Part shown: one piece after another, positions 22,584 to 36,295 of the stretch
How the letters are laid out: the number at the start of each line of letters is the position of its first letter
Position numbering within the stretch: the first letter of the stretch is position 1
NCBI GenBank assembly: GCA_951406725.2
Contig: OX597824.1
Span: 72,664,001-72,728,000, forward strand
DNA: 64,000 bases
Reading direction: 5' to 3'
From: Octopus vulgaris
Lineage: Eukaryota
The notes under the pieces: generated by a model
Databases searched by the model: none
Seen by the model: the letters and a program-made list of their open reading frames with translations, nothing else
What the model was told of the DNA's origin: nothing
Made by a program: the position numbers and the translations under genes

Positions 22584-25500
22584 CACACACACACATACAT
22601 GTATCTATCATCAGCTGTTTTCCATGCTGGAATGGATTAGGAAGGATGTAGTGCCTATGACTTTCAAAGGCTCTATGGGCCTGATGACTTCAACCTAATT
22701 TAACATCCCTCTTAAATAATTGTAAGTTAACAACTGAAAGAGAAACAAGTGTCCAGGATGGGAGTTCCAGATGGGTGATATCCACAAGAGAGGAAGGATT
22801 GGCCATAGCTGTTAGTGCCAGGCCCTGAGGAATGGACACACAAGGAAGAAAGATAACCCAGTCTAGAGTACCCGAGTGGTAGTCATACAAAAATCAGCCA
22901 GCTCCAAGCAGAAGAGGCAGCACTTTTCTTGAGCCAGAAGTGTAAGACACTATGCCAATCAGTTGATTAGCCTTTCTTTGGATGCAGTCTAGTAAAGATT
23001 CTTAGAGTGCTAGTAGCTGTCAGGGAATAATGCGTTTTCTAGCCCTAAAGAGAAAAGCCTGTCTTTATAATATAAATTGAATGGTTACAAATAGTAGAAG
23101 GCTTACTAAATAGGTAGCTAGATGGATTTTTGGCAAGTTGGGTTGACAGTTTGGCTTCATACTAAACTACTTTTATCACACCAGGAGAAATTGTTGATGA
23201 AATTACTTTCCTAAAGCCTTTCTTTTGTTGTTGGTTAGCCCCAGGGTAGTCCTGATCCAGTAGGATTCTGATCAAAAACATAGCTATGAACATTCATTTT
23301 TTTTTTAATTCAAAAAATGTAGCATTTTTCAAGCCGAGTGTGAATTGAAGATTTGGCTGTTGTTTCTAGCAATCAAAAAACCACAGAGATACTCCATAAT
23401 CGATTCAAGTGACAACATGGACAATCATTTATAAAAGTGCTAGTGAGGAGTATGAACAGCACATCATACTTGTATTAACTGTAAAAGACTAGATAGAGCG
23501 TCATTAAAACAGATCAACATTAAAAACGAAACTCAAAATAAACAAAAATCAACATGTAAATTGAATGCAGTTGGTGAAAGGAATTATAAACTGCTAGCGC
23601 CAGTGGTGCCAATGAATAGTAAGACATGCTGTATTATGATGTTAATATGAAGGGCAAGCAGTACATGCATAGAAATGAGTTTAGACTAAATTCCTAACAG
23701 CGCATTGTTTCATATCTTTTCTCCTGGTTCAGAACCTAGCAATGTTAACTTTCCTTTTGTTTTTCAGAGATTGTATGGGAAGGAGTGGGACTGTGAAAAC
23801 CAATAACTGCCACGATATGGTATCTACTGAATGATTATTCTTTCTCTTTCACAAATCTGTGGTCTAATGTACCAATGTACAAAATTAAAATTAACCTATA
23901 TAAATATTATATAGCAAATTTTGAAATCAACCAAGTTGAATAAGCTGTCTGATGAAACTTAGTCTTGGTCAAAATGAATTTTATAATAAAGAATGGTAAA
24001 TTGACAGAACATTGACTAAAAATGTTCTGGGGCATTTTCTTCTAATTTTTTACATCTGGGTATAAAATCTGATGGGGTCGACACTGCCTTCCATCTTTCC
24101 AAACTCAACTAAGTACCAGTAATATACTGAGAGTGTCATTGAACTATCTATAGCGGAAGCTCAATGCTTTTGGCCAATTATCATTTTCTAATTAGGTGAC
24201 CTCATTAGTGCTGTTGCTATGAAAAAGGCACCCAGTACTCTTTGAATAGTTCTAAGTATTAGGAAGGACACTCAACTATAGAAACCATGTCAGAACTGAG
24301 ATAGTGAGTACAGTGTAGTCCACTGACCTGTTGAACCATCTAACTCATGCTTCAGCATGGAAAGTAGACACAAAAGGATGATGAAGAATAATTAGAAATA
24401 GTTTTGATGTTTCAAACCTAAGCCAGCTCTGACTGAACAGACCTATGATCAAAGATAGTCCAACCATAGCTAATCTACCCAATAGTATTTCCAGGTAAAC
24501 ATTATCCAATGTGTTCTTTTTAAAGGCTAGAGAATATAATTTGGCTGCCATTTCTAAAAGATCAAGCATCCACGTTGTGACTCATTATGTTGAAAGACAG
24601 AATGTTGGATTATATTCCTTGCTGCATTTTTGTCACTGAACAGTGACCATGCTGGAGCATCAAGTTAATCTGTATTTATCAAGTCTCTAATTCATGCTTT
24701 TCACACAATACTGGTAAACAAAAAAGACATGTGTGGGTGTGCGTTGGGCCCCTGCAGTTTTCATCTACCAGCTTCTCACATGGTAGTGGTCAACCTGACA
24801 CTGAAGTAGAAAATGTCCAAAGAACCGTGCAGTTGAATTGAACCTAGATCCCAACTTCTTAAATCACATGGCTGTACCTGAAGTTATGTATCGTTTACAT
24901 TCTCAATTTGAATCCTGGTGAGTTCAGTTTTGTCTTAGATCCCTACACATTCGATAGTGTCTTAAGCATTGGGATCAATTTTCTTGTCTCCCCCCAAAAT
25001 TTGTGGCCCTCAACTTATTTTAGAAATAATTATAAATAATTATATAATTTTCTATGATTACTATAAGAAGTAATCATAGAAGAAAGTTCTCATAAATCCT
25101 ACCTATCAAATTTTTTAATATGCTCAAACTTAACCCTTCCTTTACTAATCCATCTGAAACCACTCCAGTTTCTATGATGCAAATTCCATTTTACAGTTAT
25201 CTAAATTAAAAACCTTCCATCAACATTTCACAATTTATCTTCCGAACACCAATTTATGTTATTAAATTCTTCATTACCTTCAAATAAACTGAAACAAAGG
25301 CTATAGATGACAACACATACAGGGTAACAAAAAGGTTAATTGCAAATAGACAGACAATGCATCTCATTAGAAATACAACAAAAGGAATACAAAAGAGCTA
25401 CAGTGACCCGATTACACAGGACTTAAACTCTCAAACCTACCAAAGTAGAGGTACATTCATGTTGCACCTACATTTTATGATTAACTGAAACTGAACTCAG

Positions 25501-25980
25501 AGTTTTAGGTATTACTGTGGACAAAATGTGATACAGGTAATAAGATATGAACCATAGGACATTAGTTTAGTTCATGATTTCCTACCATATGCATTTGTAC
25601 TAACGGTTACTTTTATTCCTTATGCATTGTTTTGTAGTCAATGATGGTCAAGACAAACTGTGGAATCACAGCTAAAGAAATCACAGTATGCATCCCCACC
25701 ACCACCACAGTAGCCCAGCCACCCACTCCCACTGAAAATAATACCACAGAAGTTATGTAATGCCAAGTTCCACTTTACCCTGCCTATTATTATAAGTGAG
25801 AACAAAGACTACCCAAGATGGCTGTTCACTAGCAGATGGACCAGCCATTGGATCAGGAGCACCATAAACAGTGTTCATGGCAGTTTCTTGAGATGAGAGA
25901 AGTTTATCTAAGAGTTTTTGTGCTGTAGGAAGAATCTGCACTACACAGTGTAACAACAAAATTTTAATTTTTAGTTTTTT

Positions 25981-26418
25981 TCTTTGGTCAGCAAGTGTTA
26001 TTTCCTATTTGCTTCTATCTAGAAATCAAAGGAAATGACTACTATTTCCTTCAAGCTTTGCTTTTATGACCTGAACATCAATGTTTTGAAACTCACCTAT
26101 TTTCCATTACATTTCAGACAGATTCAGCATTGAGTTGCTGAAGCAGAAATATTGTTTATAGCAAATATTCTACTGAATACCATAGATCTGCATGCCAGTC
26201 ACTTGACTGTAACCACTTGAGCATCACCCTTAGTGGCTGATAATATGTGCATCTCTGATTGCAAGCAGGAATAGTGGGTGAGCATCACAGCCATGTGTTG
26301 AGAGGGATTCTTTGAGGTTTGAATAAATATAAGAAAAGCAAAGTTTGAAGGAAATATTTGCAATTTTTTTTTACTTTCTAAGTGTAAGTAAATAGGAAAT
26401 AACATTGCTACCGAAGGA
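25981..26418. mobile_element. Non-autonomous TIR DNA transposon
   Basis: About 33-bp imperfect TIRs TCTTTGGTCAGCAAGTGTTATTTCCTATTTGCTT / AAGTAAATAGGAAATAACATTGCTACCGAAGGA. Confidence 0.7.
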
Positions 26419-27774
26419 CAAAAATCATGTTACACAGTAATTACGCTAAATACATTACTCAAGGACAAAGTCTTCAGCCATACCCTAAAGAACCTAAAGG
26501 TTGCATATAGAACTCACTGTTCATAAATATCAATCATAGGCATAAGATTTGTATGGAAAGAGAAAGTGCTATTCATGCATTTCTCAAGTGCAGTAGTGAC
26601 ATGAGATAAACTAGATATAAGTATGAATCAAACAACAATGTGAATCTAAGTTCTCCAGAAGTTTCTCACTGGCTTTTTACAGACCAACCTGTTTGAGACC
26701 ACCTCAAATTTAAACCTGCTGTAATAATTTTACAAAAAACCTTTTATGTTCCACATACTTGTTCATCATTGTCTGGTGTACAGTGTTGGTCAAGACATTT
26801 GTAATGGCTCAGTGTACCTCTAAATAACTAAAACCATCACAAGTTCTGTACATTAAAATTAACACACTGAAACAGTCTTGAATTTTGCTGTTATCCTAAA
26901 GTTATGTTTTTAAAAAATGAGCCAATGAGAAAGTTTCTAATTATTTATCAACCAGCTTGAATTTAGCTAAACATCATTGAAACCACACCTTACTACATTA
27001 AAAAAAATGGGTACTACATTAGGTAATGTCCTATATAAACCAAAAAAAAAACAAAAAAAACTAGATGGTAACTGGATGTGACCCATGGGCTCTACAAAAA
27101 CAACACAAGTTATACTGAACAGACTGAGCTTCCTTTTCAGCTCATCAAAATGCATTGGCCTAATTGACATCTTGTAAATACTGTCCATATCTTTGACTAT
27201 AAGGTACTGACACTTCTTTCACTATGTGTAATGGAATCATCTTGCCACAGACAATAATTGGTAATGAATAGTAATGGTAACAATTTTCTAGTAACAGAGA
27301 TAAAGAGAAACAAAATTACATGCAGAAAGAATTTAGTAATAATATAATGAGTAGACAACAAAAGTCTGTGCAAGAATAACTATGATAGTAAATGGTGATG
27401 GTAGAAATGACTGGCACTTGTAGAGTGACAATGGATCAAGAATTGATTTCAATCCCTGAAATATTTTGTTAATGGTGAAACATTTAAACCGTCTTGCATA
27501 GATACTGAACTTCTTACTTTAAGGAACTCCGGTTCAGATATATCTGTATTTAATTGTGTCCTGGGCAAGATATTCAATTTTGTGTGTCACAGTTCATCTA
27601 TCCACCACCAATCAGCAATAATTTGCAGTAGTTTACCTTAAAATGTTGTCCTAGTATGCAATCCAAGAAGAGGCAAGTCTCTTAGCTTATTGAATATTTT
27701 AAGAACTGAAGTTCATAACCAGTTTGAGTGTTTCTTACATTTTTTTAAAGAAATATTTGCTATGAGGTTTGCTA

Positions 27775-27985
27775 TAGGAAGAAAAGTAAAGTATTTTGAG
27801 ATAGCCAGGAGGATAAAGGAGGGGAAGAAGAGAGGAGGAGGAAAGGGATAAACACAGAGAGAGAAAGGGGGAAAAGAGACAGAAGCAAAGAGAGCGAAGG
27901 AGGAAAGCAACAAGGCAAAGAGAGAAGTAAAGACAGAAACAGAGTGAAGAGGCAAAGGAAAAGAAAGAGAAGGAGAAAGACAACT
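27775..27985. repeat. Polypurine (G/A) low-complexity tract
   Basis: About 210 bp dominated by G and A on the + strand. Confidence 0.8.
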
Positions 27986-29719
27986 GTATCAGAGATTGTG
28001 AGACAAACAATGTAAGATGCATTATTACTTTTTATAATTAATGTAATTTACTTTTTTTTTATCTTTAAATACTTCCTCTGCTTTGTTTGTCACTTGCTTC
28101 CAGACAGTTATGTACAAATGGCAAAAGTTAGTATGAAAAGCATGCAAAATTTGAAATCTCTACAGAAGAATGTAACATTGAAAAACAAAACAGAACGAAA
28201 CTAGAGTACACAATCTAGAGTTTACTTCCAATCCCTTTGTGCTGTGTTTCATTAGAAAACTTTCAAAGTTCAATATTTATTAAGATACCAAATGATATTA
28301 TCATGAATATTTTTGAAACATAACTGGCAATCAGTTTATCTTGATTATGACCAAATAAACAATTACTTGTTCTGTGTGCGTGTAAAAGGAGAAAGAATCT
28401 CAGAAGAGTGTTTTACATACTAAATATACATGTGACAGGGTCTCTCAAATGTGATGGGGAGTTGAGAAGAAAAAAAACCCTTAAAAAACCCCGATTAACT
28501 GAGATTATCTATACGATCAATAAACAAAAGTTCCCTCTATAGGTGTTTAAATATCTAAAAATCAAGGGAGAGTGCTCCAGCTTCCTCTCTCTCCCTTGAG
28601 TTTGAAATTATGAAAATATATTGGAAAATTATTAGAAAACTGAAATTATTAGAAAAGGGTAATGCAGACAGAATAGTTCTGATCATAAAAGCCAGCTGGT
28701 GAAAGCAATGGACATGTTTCAGTTTTATCAGACCTCTTTAGCAGAAGACATTCTACTCAGTAAGGTATTTTTCAGAGTACTCAACGAAAAATTATATTTA
28801 TAGCTATGACGATATCTATATGAAAGAAATACAAAATGGAATGAAGGAATATGAAATGTATTGTATTGTGTTGTGTTTACACTTCTTCAAATAGTAATGA
28901 ATAACAGTGAATTTTACTGATAGTTATATATAGGTGAGTGTTGGATAAAATGCCTCGTGATATTAGTAACAAAGGGGTTGTAGAATGTGAGGGAAATTTG
29001 GCAATTATATTTACTGGACAGAACAAGAATGTAATAAGTTTCTTTTAATTAATATTTTATCTTTTTTATTAAAATTTAATTAATTTATTTAATTTATTTT
29101 CAAAAGAGAGGCAATGCTTAAATATATCAGGAGGTCCTGCAGCAAGTAAAATGGTAAACCAATTCAGGCTAAAATCGAATTGCTTTCATCAAATTGGATT
29201 TCTGGATTGAAACTCTAGCTTCCGTTCTCTTGTCTACAGTCAACATGCTTCCACCACAAAACAGAAAAAGAAACAAAAAGTGCATTATAATAATTATATA
29301 TGTATAGCATGCAAAATGAAATAAAGAAACAAAGAGAGAAAAAGATATGCAGCCTGACAGACTGAAACACTGCTGACCAAAAGATATATGTATAAATATG
29401 TACATGTGTATGCACATGCATATATGTATACATATATATATATATATATGTGCATGGAATTCAAATATGATGAAAAGAAATGGAAAAGTAAATAATTATA
29501 TGATTAAAAGAATCAAAGAGCTTGGAGACAGAACTGAAAATATGACAATGACTGAAATGGAACAAATGAAGAGACTTAAAAAGACACCCTGGTAAAAGGA
29601 AGAAAAAAAAGAGAAATAATAATAATGAGAATAATAATAATAATAATAATAATAGCAATAGTAGTAATAAAAATGATCACGGAAATTCTCATGCGTCAGA
29701 TGTAACTACTTATCCATAC

Positions 29720-29773
29720 CTTTCACTGCGATAACCAACTAGACGTACTGGACAATCCAACACGATAGGAACT
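29720..29773 (-). other. Candidate 54-nt internal/cassette exon
   Basis: Acceptor TTTTCTTCCTTCCTTAACAG|, donor GAAAG|GTATGG. CpG-retaining unique sequence, open only in phase 2 (VPIVLDCPVRLVGYRSE). Confidence 0.45.
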
Positions 29774-30459
29774 CTGTTAAGGAAGGAAGAAAATCTAGAG
29801 AACGCTTTTCGCAGAATTTTCTGTTGCAAACTTTAAAATTTTTGGCTGAATTAACAGGAGAAGGGAAAAAAATGGAAGGAGGGAAAACAAAAACAGCAAA
29901 AGCACACAAACAAGATTTTTCATGTCAATAGTTCCTTGCTTCCCAAAACTGACCAACACACTTTAAAGAGAATGCACATTTTGAAACAGGCTTAAAAATT
30001 TCCTTATTCGTTAAATTTTTGGACAGCAACCTTAATAAAATGTAAGGATTCCTCTGTAAGTACAAAGACACATGATTGAAAAATATGCTTATCCTAACAA
30101 AATTCATAGATAATTTTTTAATTTACTAAATGATAAAACAGAGAGAAAATGGTGTGTGTAGGTAGAAAACTTTAGAGAGATTGCAGGGAAGCAAGCAAGT
30201 GGGAGAGAGATAGAAAAATGTGATAGAGAGATGTGCAATTGAAAAAGAGAAGTGTTGTATACAAGTGAGTCGAAGTGTTGTATACAAGTGAGTCAAAGTG
30301 TGAGCACAACTGAATTGAGTGTAAAATATGTACAAATGTATGTGCAAGGAAAGTGTCGTGTAGCAAAATGCATATGTACAGGTGAGAAAGATAGTGCAAG
30401 GAGATGTGGTGGGCATATGCAATATTGAGGACAAGCATGTGAACAACATGAGATGGAGG

Positions 30460-30581
30460 GCAGGAGGGCATGAGGCAAAGCAGGTGGGTGCAAGAGGTGA
30501 AGTTGGTGGGCCCAAGAGAGCAGGAGGGCATGAGAGGCAAAGCAGGTGGGTGCAAGAGGTGAAGTGGGTGGGCCCAAGAGG
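30460..30581. repeat. Tandem duplication, 2 x ~61 bp, GC-rich
   Basis: GCAGGAGGGCATGAG(AG)GCAAAGCAGGTGGGTGCAAGAGGTGAAGTKGGTGGGCCCAAGAG twice. A separate perfect 23-bp duplication lies at 30249-30294. Confidence 0.9.
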
Positions 30582-31200
30582 GCAAGCAAGCTAGCAAGAG
30601 AGCGTGTGAGAAAAAAGAATATATTGAAATGATCAAGAAATTTATTCCTCAACTCCACCCCACCAACTTTCATAACCAAATAGGAAAGGAATTCAAATAA
30701 TGAAAATTGTTATTGAAGTGACTGCTCCATCTCCCTATCCTAGTTCCTTATGGGTTTAATAAAGAGGCAAACATTTGCTGAAATATTCATATACATGCCT
30801 TTGAGTAAACACGCACACATGAAATATACAGTCTTCCTATACAAATAATTCTCAAGTAAAAATGTTTTCCCCACACACACAATTTCCAATATTTTTCTTA
30901 AATGTTTAATAACTATTATGAAATTACAACTGTGTGTGAGATGTCATAAAATTATAACTGAATCAAACAAAATACAGTGTTTTCTTTTCTGTTGATCACA
31001 TGACAAGTCAGCTGCTGCTCTTTTTATTCTCATCACATGATAGATACACTGCATCACTTGCTAAGTAGCTATCAAAACATGTCCTTTCTCTTTCAAACCA
31101 TATATATTCTCTCTCAGTAACAGCATTTAGTCCTTTTTTTGCCTATCAGTGGAATTCCTTTTTCGCAGCAAAATGTATCCTTCCTTTCAGCCAGGCTTAC

Positions 31201-31571
31201 CCAGCAAGGTATTTCTTTCCATCTTCCTCTCACACTCGGTCACTCTATGATAGATTTGTTGCCAAGCAGTGGAGACCTCTAGTGATCTTGGACCTCAGAC
31301 AACATTCCTGCTCAATGCTAATGAAACAGATGGCTATCTGCAAGTGCAAGCCCTTTGAATCGAGGTGTCTGTTCAAGTGCATCTCTCTTGCCATCCCTCA
31401 GGTCAACGCCTTTTCCATTTTGTCTGCTATGACCATGAGATGGATCTGCAAGTCTTTTTAGTTAAAAGCTGTAGTATCTTTTAAGAAAACAGATAAACTA
31501 TTGATGGTGAGATAGCTTCCCTATAGTATTTTCCTCCATTGAGCTAAAATGTTCACTCTGCCTTATATTTC
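31201..31571 (-). other. Candidate exon, mostly untranslated, ending in M-E-R-N-T-L-L- (phase 1)
   Basis: Acceptor TTTCCTGTTTTCTGAACAG|G, donor CTGG|GTAAGC. Repeat-free, balanced composition. Last ATG (31222) is in a strong context, AAGATGG. Confidence 0.5.
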
Positions 31572-31798
31572 CTGTTCAGAAAACAGGAAATATAAAATGG
31601 ATATATATATATAATATGTGTGTGAGTGTGTGTATATGTATATATATAATGTGTGTGTGAGTGTGTGTATATATGTATACATATAATATATACATATAAA
31701 ATTTAACAGTTTAACTCAGTTCCATGTGAGAAATTTCCATGATCTTGTAGGGTGCACCCCCACTTTCATTTGCCTAATCTGTTGCATGTGTGTACATG

Positions 31799-31839
<41 letters not shown>

Positions 31840-33802
31840 AGTGCCTTGATGTCACAGCATAAAATAGATGAATGTATAAAGCAAGATCATTGAATGATAT
31901 TGGCTAGATGAAAATTCTTCTGCAAAAAGTTTTCAGATGTGTATTCCAGATTTTAGAGTAAGAACACTTTTTAGAATAGGTACACCATGTTCCTAAGTGT
32001 TTTACCTCTCGATACTTTTACATTTAGTAGCTTTATAACCCTGTGCAAAATAGCTTGTTCAACACATGTAAACAAGGAAAAACAGATGTAAATATGATGA
32101 TGAAATATAAGGACTCGCTTTCTCATACACACCCAAGCTGAGTCTCTTTGATAATTACATTAAGAGCACATGTTGAATACTTATCTACTTATGGGCTGAT
32201 GAAATAATTAGACTATCTTTCAACAAACAAGTGGAACAATCAATCATTGTCATTTCAATGTCTACATTTTTGCTTGGGGCAGGTGGAATTTGTTGAAGCA
32301 GATTTTCTACAGTGGATGCACATCCAGTCACCAACCCCACATGCTTCCAATCAAGACAATATTAATTATCTCTATGACTAGACATGTTTTCCATGGAAGA
32401 CTGGAAGTGAACAATGTCACTTGTATGATAGTGATGCTTGTTTACAACTATCGTATAATGTCCAAACAAGGGTACACACAAACACGTACACATGTATGTA
32501 TGTAGGCAATGGGTTTCATTCAGTTTCTATACAGTGAGACTGAACCCAAAACCACATGGTTGGAAAGCAAGCATCTTTATCACACAGCCACATTCCACAT
32601 TCCGGGTTCAGTCCCACTGCGTGGCATCTTGGGTAAGTGCCACCCAAAGCCTTGTGAGTGGATTTGGTAGACAGAAACTGTAAGAAGTGCGTGTGCGTGT
32701 CTATATATGTTTATGTCTCTTTGTCCCCCCACCATTGCTTGACAACTGATGTTGGTGTGTTCAGCAAAAGAGACCGATAGAATAAGTACTAGGCTTACAA
32801 AGAATAAGTCCTGGGGTCGATTTAACTGACTAAAGGATGTGCTCCAGCATGGCCACAGTCAAATGACTGAAACAAGTAAAAGAATAAAAGAAAGAAAGAA
32901 AGAATACATATATATAATATATATATATATACACACACACACAATGTATTTACATTATTATATACATATATACTATATATACATACTTAAATACACAAAA
33001 CAGACATACATATATGGACTCTCCCATTAATTTCAACATATGAACATGCAGTTGTTCAATTAACTAGACAACCTACATCTTGACTAAGCATGAAAAGAGG
33101 GCAAATACTCCACAAATGCATTTATCCTTCACATAATCCTGAAGCAGAACCAGTGTGACTGGGTCATACTACACCCTACCATCTGAAAAACAAGGGACTG
33201 TTGGGTATTTAAACAAGAGTCCTTGATGTCAAGGTGGTTGTGGCTGGAATACACTTGAACATAGTTCTGTTTGATCAGGGATCACTTAGTCTAAACAACA
33301 ACTACCGTGCACAATGCATATCATTTTATGTCCACTTTCCATGCTGGCATGATTAGACAGATATTCATGTTCCAAGTCACTGTCCTTAGAGACAGGATGG
33401 ACAATAATATGCCTCACTTTTAGTATGGTTTCTACTGCTGGATGTCCTTTCCATCACTAACCACTGTATGCTATACTAAAATGCACTGGACACATTTTAT
33501 TATGGCACCAATACAAGAGATATCCCCTTGTACACCATAAGTACAAAAACTACCAACTATGCTGATACGTGTACATTCATTCAAGGCAATGTGATTAAAG
33601 AAAGGGTATAAAAGAAAGGGTGATGTACTGAAGAAAAAACCAGGATGGGTGGGAAAAAGGCGCAAGAGCATAATGGTAGGAACCAGGAGATTGGGGTGAG
33701 AGGGAGAGAGAGTGATGAGTGGCAGTAAATATATGTACATAATTATAAGATCTATTCCTTGTAATTTATTCCAGTAATTTATTTGGTTTCTTATGTACGT
33801 TA

Positions 33803-34010
33803 ATTACCTCCACCAAGGAAAAAGGTTATGTTTTCATTGCCATTGGTTTGTCTGTCTGTGTGCAAAATAACTCAAAAAGTTGTGAACGGTATTTGATAAA
33901 CCTTGCAGGAAAAGTTGGTAATGACACAAGGAACAGATGATGAAATTTTGGTAGTGATTCAGGGATTTTTATGGATTCTTGAAGGATTTTTCATTTGTTA
34001 TATTTACTTT
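33803..34010 (+). mobile_element. Helentron-associated (HINE/DINE-1-like) non-autonomous element, partial
   Basis: ATTACCTCCACCAAGG...GGTTATGTTTTC...GTTTGTCTGTCTGT...CAAAATAACTCAAAAAGT is the characteristic 5' architecture. The 3' end is not resolved. Confidence 0.55.
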
Positions 34011-35507
34011 ACATGGTTATTTGCAAACCTTATCCTGCCTTCAGAGGTGTGTTGTGGATGCCAGTGGACCAAAATTGTAGATCTTCTACTGGTCAATATT
34101 AATCATGATGCAGCCTATGTATGTGCTGGCTTAGGCAAAATTTTTGTGGAAGACAAGTAGTTGCCCATGTGTACAAGTCTACATGTCTCCCCTGTCCATG
34201 CTACTGATATTTATCTATGAGAAAGACCACCAACTTGGACTTTGCACCAATATTGTCAAGAGCATTACCACAACAGTTACTGCAAGGAATTTTACCAAAC
34301 ACTAACAGTGCTGTCAATCCACTGGCCTAGGTTGTACTTCAATAAAATAATTTTTTTAAAAAATCAACTTTGAAAGGATGAAAGGCAAAGTTGATCCTGA
34401 TGGGATTGAACTTAGAAATATGAACTTAGAATCAGAACTATGTGGTTGAGAGGAAAACTTACTACACAGCAACACTCAGAACTACAACTAAATATTGGTT
34501 AGAAATACAGCTAAACTTCATTTACTTACACACTCCAACTTGGTTATACAATTATAAACCACCCAAACCATATCTCAGTATTACAACTCCTGGGATATCT
34601 TGGTCCCCTATGCTGGGCAGTTATTCTCCAGGGGCCTCTCTCCACAGCAGCAGTCCCACCACTGTCCTTTTCATGCCCTGCAGTATTTAGATTTGTCCCT
34701 TTGTGTTCTGAGATCTAAACCAACTGGGACTGGAGCATTGTAAAATAACAGATTACAAACTCCATCAATATTATTATTTAATATTATGTTGTAAAACCTT
34801 GAGTTCTCTTAGCAGCCAGAGCTTCGTACATTAAAGTCTGTATAGTGTGAATAAAGGATCTTCATAATCAAGCAAAGAGGCCTCTAGGTGCCCACATCTG
34901 ACTTGCCAGAAATAGCAGTTAAATTTTGTTTAAATTACACCTTCTTACCTTAAGAAAATGTTTGTAAAGATGGACCTGCTTAATCAGGATTGATCAGGAG
35001 GTTAAACAACAACAAATATGCCATAGAATATAGTGGGGTACAATGATAGAACCTTTAAATATACTAGCACTAAAGACACAAAAAGAAAAGTATATGCACA
35101 AAACCATTAAAAGAGAAAAAAAGACCTGCATTCATAACTTAAACAAACTTGTGAACTTCACTTTAAAACATTTAGTGCTCAATGACAATTTGAACCAAGA
35201 ACCAAATGATGTCTAACTAGTGTACAAAAATAAATAAAAGCACCCAGTAATGTTACACTTTACTACTGAACAAAATTCTTGCTAGTGTTTATGAAAACCC
35301 CTTTTCCTTTAATTGTACATAAGTATTGGCAATGTAAACAAACAGCCAGGGGAATTTGAAACAGTGAAGACCAGAGCAAATATAGCAACCAGATAGATCT
35401 ACCTAGGAAGTCAAACAGATGTTCTTTATAGCTGAACAAGTCTTAACATTATACATTCACATGTGAGTGCATATGTCTATGCGTGTACAAGCACAACTAT
35501 GTATATG

Positions 35508-35555
<48 letters not shown>

Positions 35556-35883
35556 CGTGTGTATGTACGCATACATCATATCTATACATATGCAAATATA
35601 TATAAGTGTGCATGTATATATGCAGGATTGTATGTGTGTCAACAGCTTGGAACATCCACATAAGTGTGTGCCTTTAAAATAAACAGTTCTTTCAGATATA
35701 TTGAAGATGGTTTTATGCTGAGGAGCGAGTTGTGTGCCTATAAGGATAGATGAATAACTGGGAGAAACTATATCGAATAGTTGTATAAAGACAAGAAACA
35801 TAAGAGATTGAAAAGACACACGTGTTGATCAAACAGACAGACACACACACATGCATGCATAGGTCAAAACATGCATACATGTG

Positions 35884-36295
35884 CAATGGACCAAAGACAT
35901 GTGCACACGTGCAATGAACCAAAGACATAGATGCATGCACAACGGACCAAAGACATACATGCATGCACAACAGACCAAAGACGTGCATGCACAACAGACC
36001 AAAGACATGCATGCATGCGCAACAGACCAAAGGCATGCGTACATGCGCAACAGACCAAAGGCACACACACACAACGGACCAAAGAGACACGCACACACAA
36101 CGGACCAAAGAGACACACGCACACAACGAACCAAAGAGACACACGCACACAACGAACCAAAGAGACACACGAGCACACAATGGACCAAAGAGACACACAC
36201 ACACATGCAATGGACCAAAGACACACACATGCAATGGACAAAAGACACACACATGCAATGGATAAAAGACAGAGACACATGCAATAGACAAAAAG
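35884..36295. repeat. Minisatellite: 16 copies of core CAAYRRACCAAAG-like with variable (CA/ATGC)n spacers
   Basis: Cores at 35884, 35912, 35940, 35968, 35992, 36020, 36048, 36072, 36098, 36124, 36150, 36178, 36208, 36232, 36256 and 36282. Period is 24-30 bp. Confidence 0.9.

Noticed and set aside
25753-25959. Protein-like minus ORF (…QETAMNTVYGAPDPMAGPSASEQPSW…)
   Set aside because: Plausible acceptor and Kozak, but only weak donors (GTAGTC/GTAAAG) and no recognisable homology. Insufficient support.
30126-30679. Three overlapping minus-strand ORFs of 128-154 aa
   Set aside because: Stop-poor because of C/T skew and tandem duplication; no domain-like sequence.
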